Of a stretch of DNA of 64,000 nt, positions 61,834 to 64,000 are shown piece by piece (within the stretch, counting starts at the first letter, position 1; each line of letters opens with the position of its first letter). The notes beneath the pieces are model-generated. The model was not told the DNA's origin. It did not search any database and worked only from the letters and a program-made list of their open reading frames with translations. This DNA comes from Chrysomallon squamiferum (lineage: Eukaryota; Animalia; Mollusca). Made by a program: the position numbers and the translations under genes. The DNA lies in assembly GCA_012295275.1 (NCBI GenBank), contig CM022669.1, forward strand, positions 9,424,001-9,488,000, given 5' to 3'.

Positions 61834-62886
61834 CCTGTTAAAACAAAGTGTTTAAAAAAGTCATAGAAAGATCACTTACAATAAAGATAATGTAACTCGT
61901 TATTGCTGTTCCAAAACTGATAAAATAATAATAATACTCCTCTGTTCGTCCATTTGAATTAAAGAAAGTAACAAGAAGAATGAAGAAGAACGAAAGAAAG
62001 AAAAAAGGAGAAAAAGATAATGAAACAACCTCTTGAATTTTTAGAACCTATATATTTATTTATTTTGTGTATGTATTTATGCATTTATTTATTTATTTGT
62101 TTGATTATTTGTTTGTTTATTTATTATCCCGTCACAGTAAATAATAATAAAAATATATATATATATCAGAAAATATATTTTGTATGAAATAATTGATTTA
62201 TAATTACACGATGTAAGTACGTACGTACGTACAAAATATATATACATTTTCCAACACGTTTATAATTATAACCATTTGTACGCAATAAACAGTGGTGTGG
62301 ATTAAACATGAATCAAGTACAAAATTGGCCGAGACACAAAATTAGGTTATATTTCATCCCCTGCATAGAAACCTCTTCATAAATTCTTTATTCTATCGTG
62401 CCGGCTACTTCGGCTCGCTGAATCGCACGGTTCCCGGAGGAATTGCCAGGTTTAAAGCTAATCGCGAAATGGGCTGGCGCTTCAATTAAAGCTTTTTTTT
62501 TTCCAATCGACAACACGGTGGCCATGTTTACTGTCTGTTCAATGTTTCATAAAGATCAAGAAAAAGAAAAAAAAAAAAAACAAAACAACATTAAAAAAAA
62601 ACCAGCACGACACGCAGATCAAAGTCTGAATTTATGAATCAGTCGCTTTATTTTAAATTTAAACTAGACGTTTTAGTAAATGAGTAAGTGAATCAATAAA
62701 TAATGATGATGACGACGACGATGATGATGATGATGATGATGATGATGGTGTTAATGATGGCGTTGTTGACGGTAATGATGATGAATACGATGATGATGAT
62801 GAACAAAAGGAAACAGCGACAACAACTGTATCAAGTAGAAGAAAATGAACTACTACAACAACAGCGAGATAACGAAGACAAAAAAC

Positions 62887-62929
<43 letters not shown>

Positions 62930-63061
62930 TGTGATAATGATGACAATCAGATGAAGAAAAACAATAGCCAATACAAATAAAAGAAAGAATGGAAAAAAAA
63001 AAAAAAAAAGAAATGAAATAAAATAAAGCAATGAATGAAAACAGGAACGAAAATAAATAAA

Positions 63062-63184
63062 AATAACTTGTATGCAGTTCTTGTAGCATTCAGTATAGCT
63101 TGATTATATACAGCAATAACTGCAAATAAAATAACTATGCAGTTCTTGTAGCATTCAGTACAGCTTGATTATATAAGCAATAAC
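63062..63184 (+). repeat. Tandem duplication of a ~60-65-bp unit
   Basis: TATGCAGTTCTTGTAGCATTCAGTAYAGCTTGATTATATA(C)AGCAATAAC occurs twice. Confidence 0.85.
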
Positions 63185-63279
63185 GCGCAGTCGTCTTTTT
63201 CCTGAAATTCATTCACAGAAATTAACGTATCGTTACCGATTTTGAATTGACATTTCCAAGTTCGTAAAGAAGTACATAA

Positions 63280-63475
63280 GAGTACCAATCTGACGAAGAG
63301 GATGTGCGCGTGCCAGGTTCAATCGGGCCGATCTCCGATCTGATTGGTCAAGGCTGACGTCTGCTTGATTGGCGTCCAGGCCCGCAGACAAGCAAGACGG
63401 ATGGCACGCGCAAAGCAGCCGACAAGTAGTTTGTTATCAAAGAAATATCGACTTGATGTTTGCAGTGAAAAATGG
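63280..63475 (+). promoter_or_regulatory. GC-rich, CCAAT-box promoter and probable first exon of the next gene
   Basis: CCAAT at 63285 and ATTGG at 63343 and 63368 in a CpG-rich island, then AAAATGG|GTAAAT (ATG at 63472). Confidence 0.5.
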
Positions 63476-63918
63476 GTAAATGTTAATTTAATGTATTGAC
63501 GAAACTATTTACAGATCAAAGGAGAGATTGCTTTGTCAACGTGACCGAACAGTTGTTCTTTCTGTTATTATTATTATTATTTCCATTTTTTTTTTTTTTA
63601 TTGGCTTTGAATTTTATTTCTAAAGCAATCGTTTCTAGTTCTTTTTTTTTTTTTTCTTTTTTATTTATTTCTAATTTTTGTATTATGTTGCAGGTACAAA
63701 AGATGTAAGAATTTTTTTTTTTAGAAAAAAAAAAACAGAAATGGTAAAAGAAAGAAATAAAAGTTAGAGTTTTCTATTTATTTATTTATTTTTATTTATT
63801 TGTTTGCTTGTATGTTTGTTTGTTTTTCTGTATTTTTTTGTTTGTTTGTTTCTTAAAAACTGGAAACTAAATAAGTATTTTCTGGCTGTTATTTATTATT
63901 AGCATCATTATTATCAGT

Positions 63919-63955
<37 letters not shown>

Positions 63956-64000
63956 CTAACATATGTGCCTTTATGCGTATGTATTCGTTAGATTGCTATA

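Overview
Eukaryotic, AT-rich genomic DNA saturated with microsatellites; (AG)n, (AC)n, (AAT)n, (ACAT)n, (ACT)n and poly-A account for nearly all ORFs in the supplied track. It looks like an invertebrate, plausibly a mollusc, but that is inference. One long ORF is a clear gene: a single-coding-exon ZIP/SLC39 metal transporter (15804-16898, +). The main discovery is largely missed by the ORF track: a ~16 kb head-to-tail array (39737-55476, +) of two-exon genes, with 8 intact copies and 2 decayed orphan exons. Each has a signal-peptide exon, a phase-1 intron and one exon encoding a single 6-Cys module, C-x16/18-C-N-x-C-x-C-x6/7-C-T-x3-C. The module looks like a hybrid of a pacifastin inhibitor domain and the N-terminal half of a VWC domain. 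The copies differ at the putative reactive-loop P1 residue (Q, K, L, L, L, M, M, M), show almost only non-synonymous change among recent duplicates, and six share a positioned GTCACGTG motif upstream. Downstream are a TA-flanked MITE, a candidate three-exon secreted Cys-rich gene whose signal peptide is written by a (TTC)n microsatellite, and a CCAAT-rich promoter at the window end. All translations and alignments were done by eye; no database searches were run.
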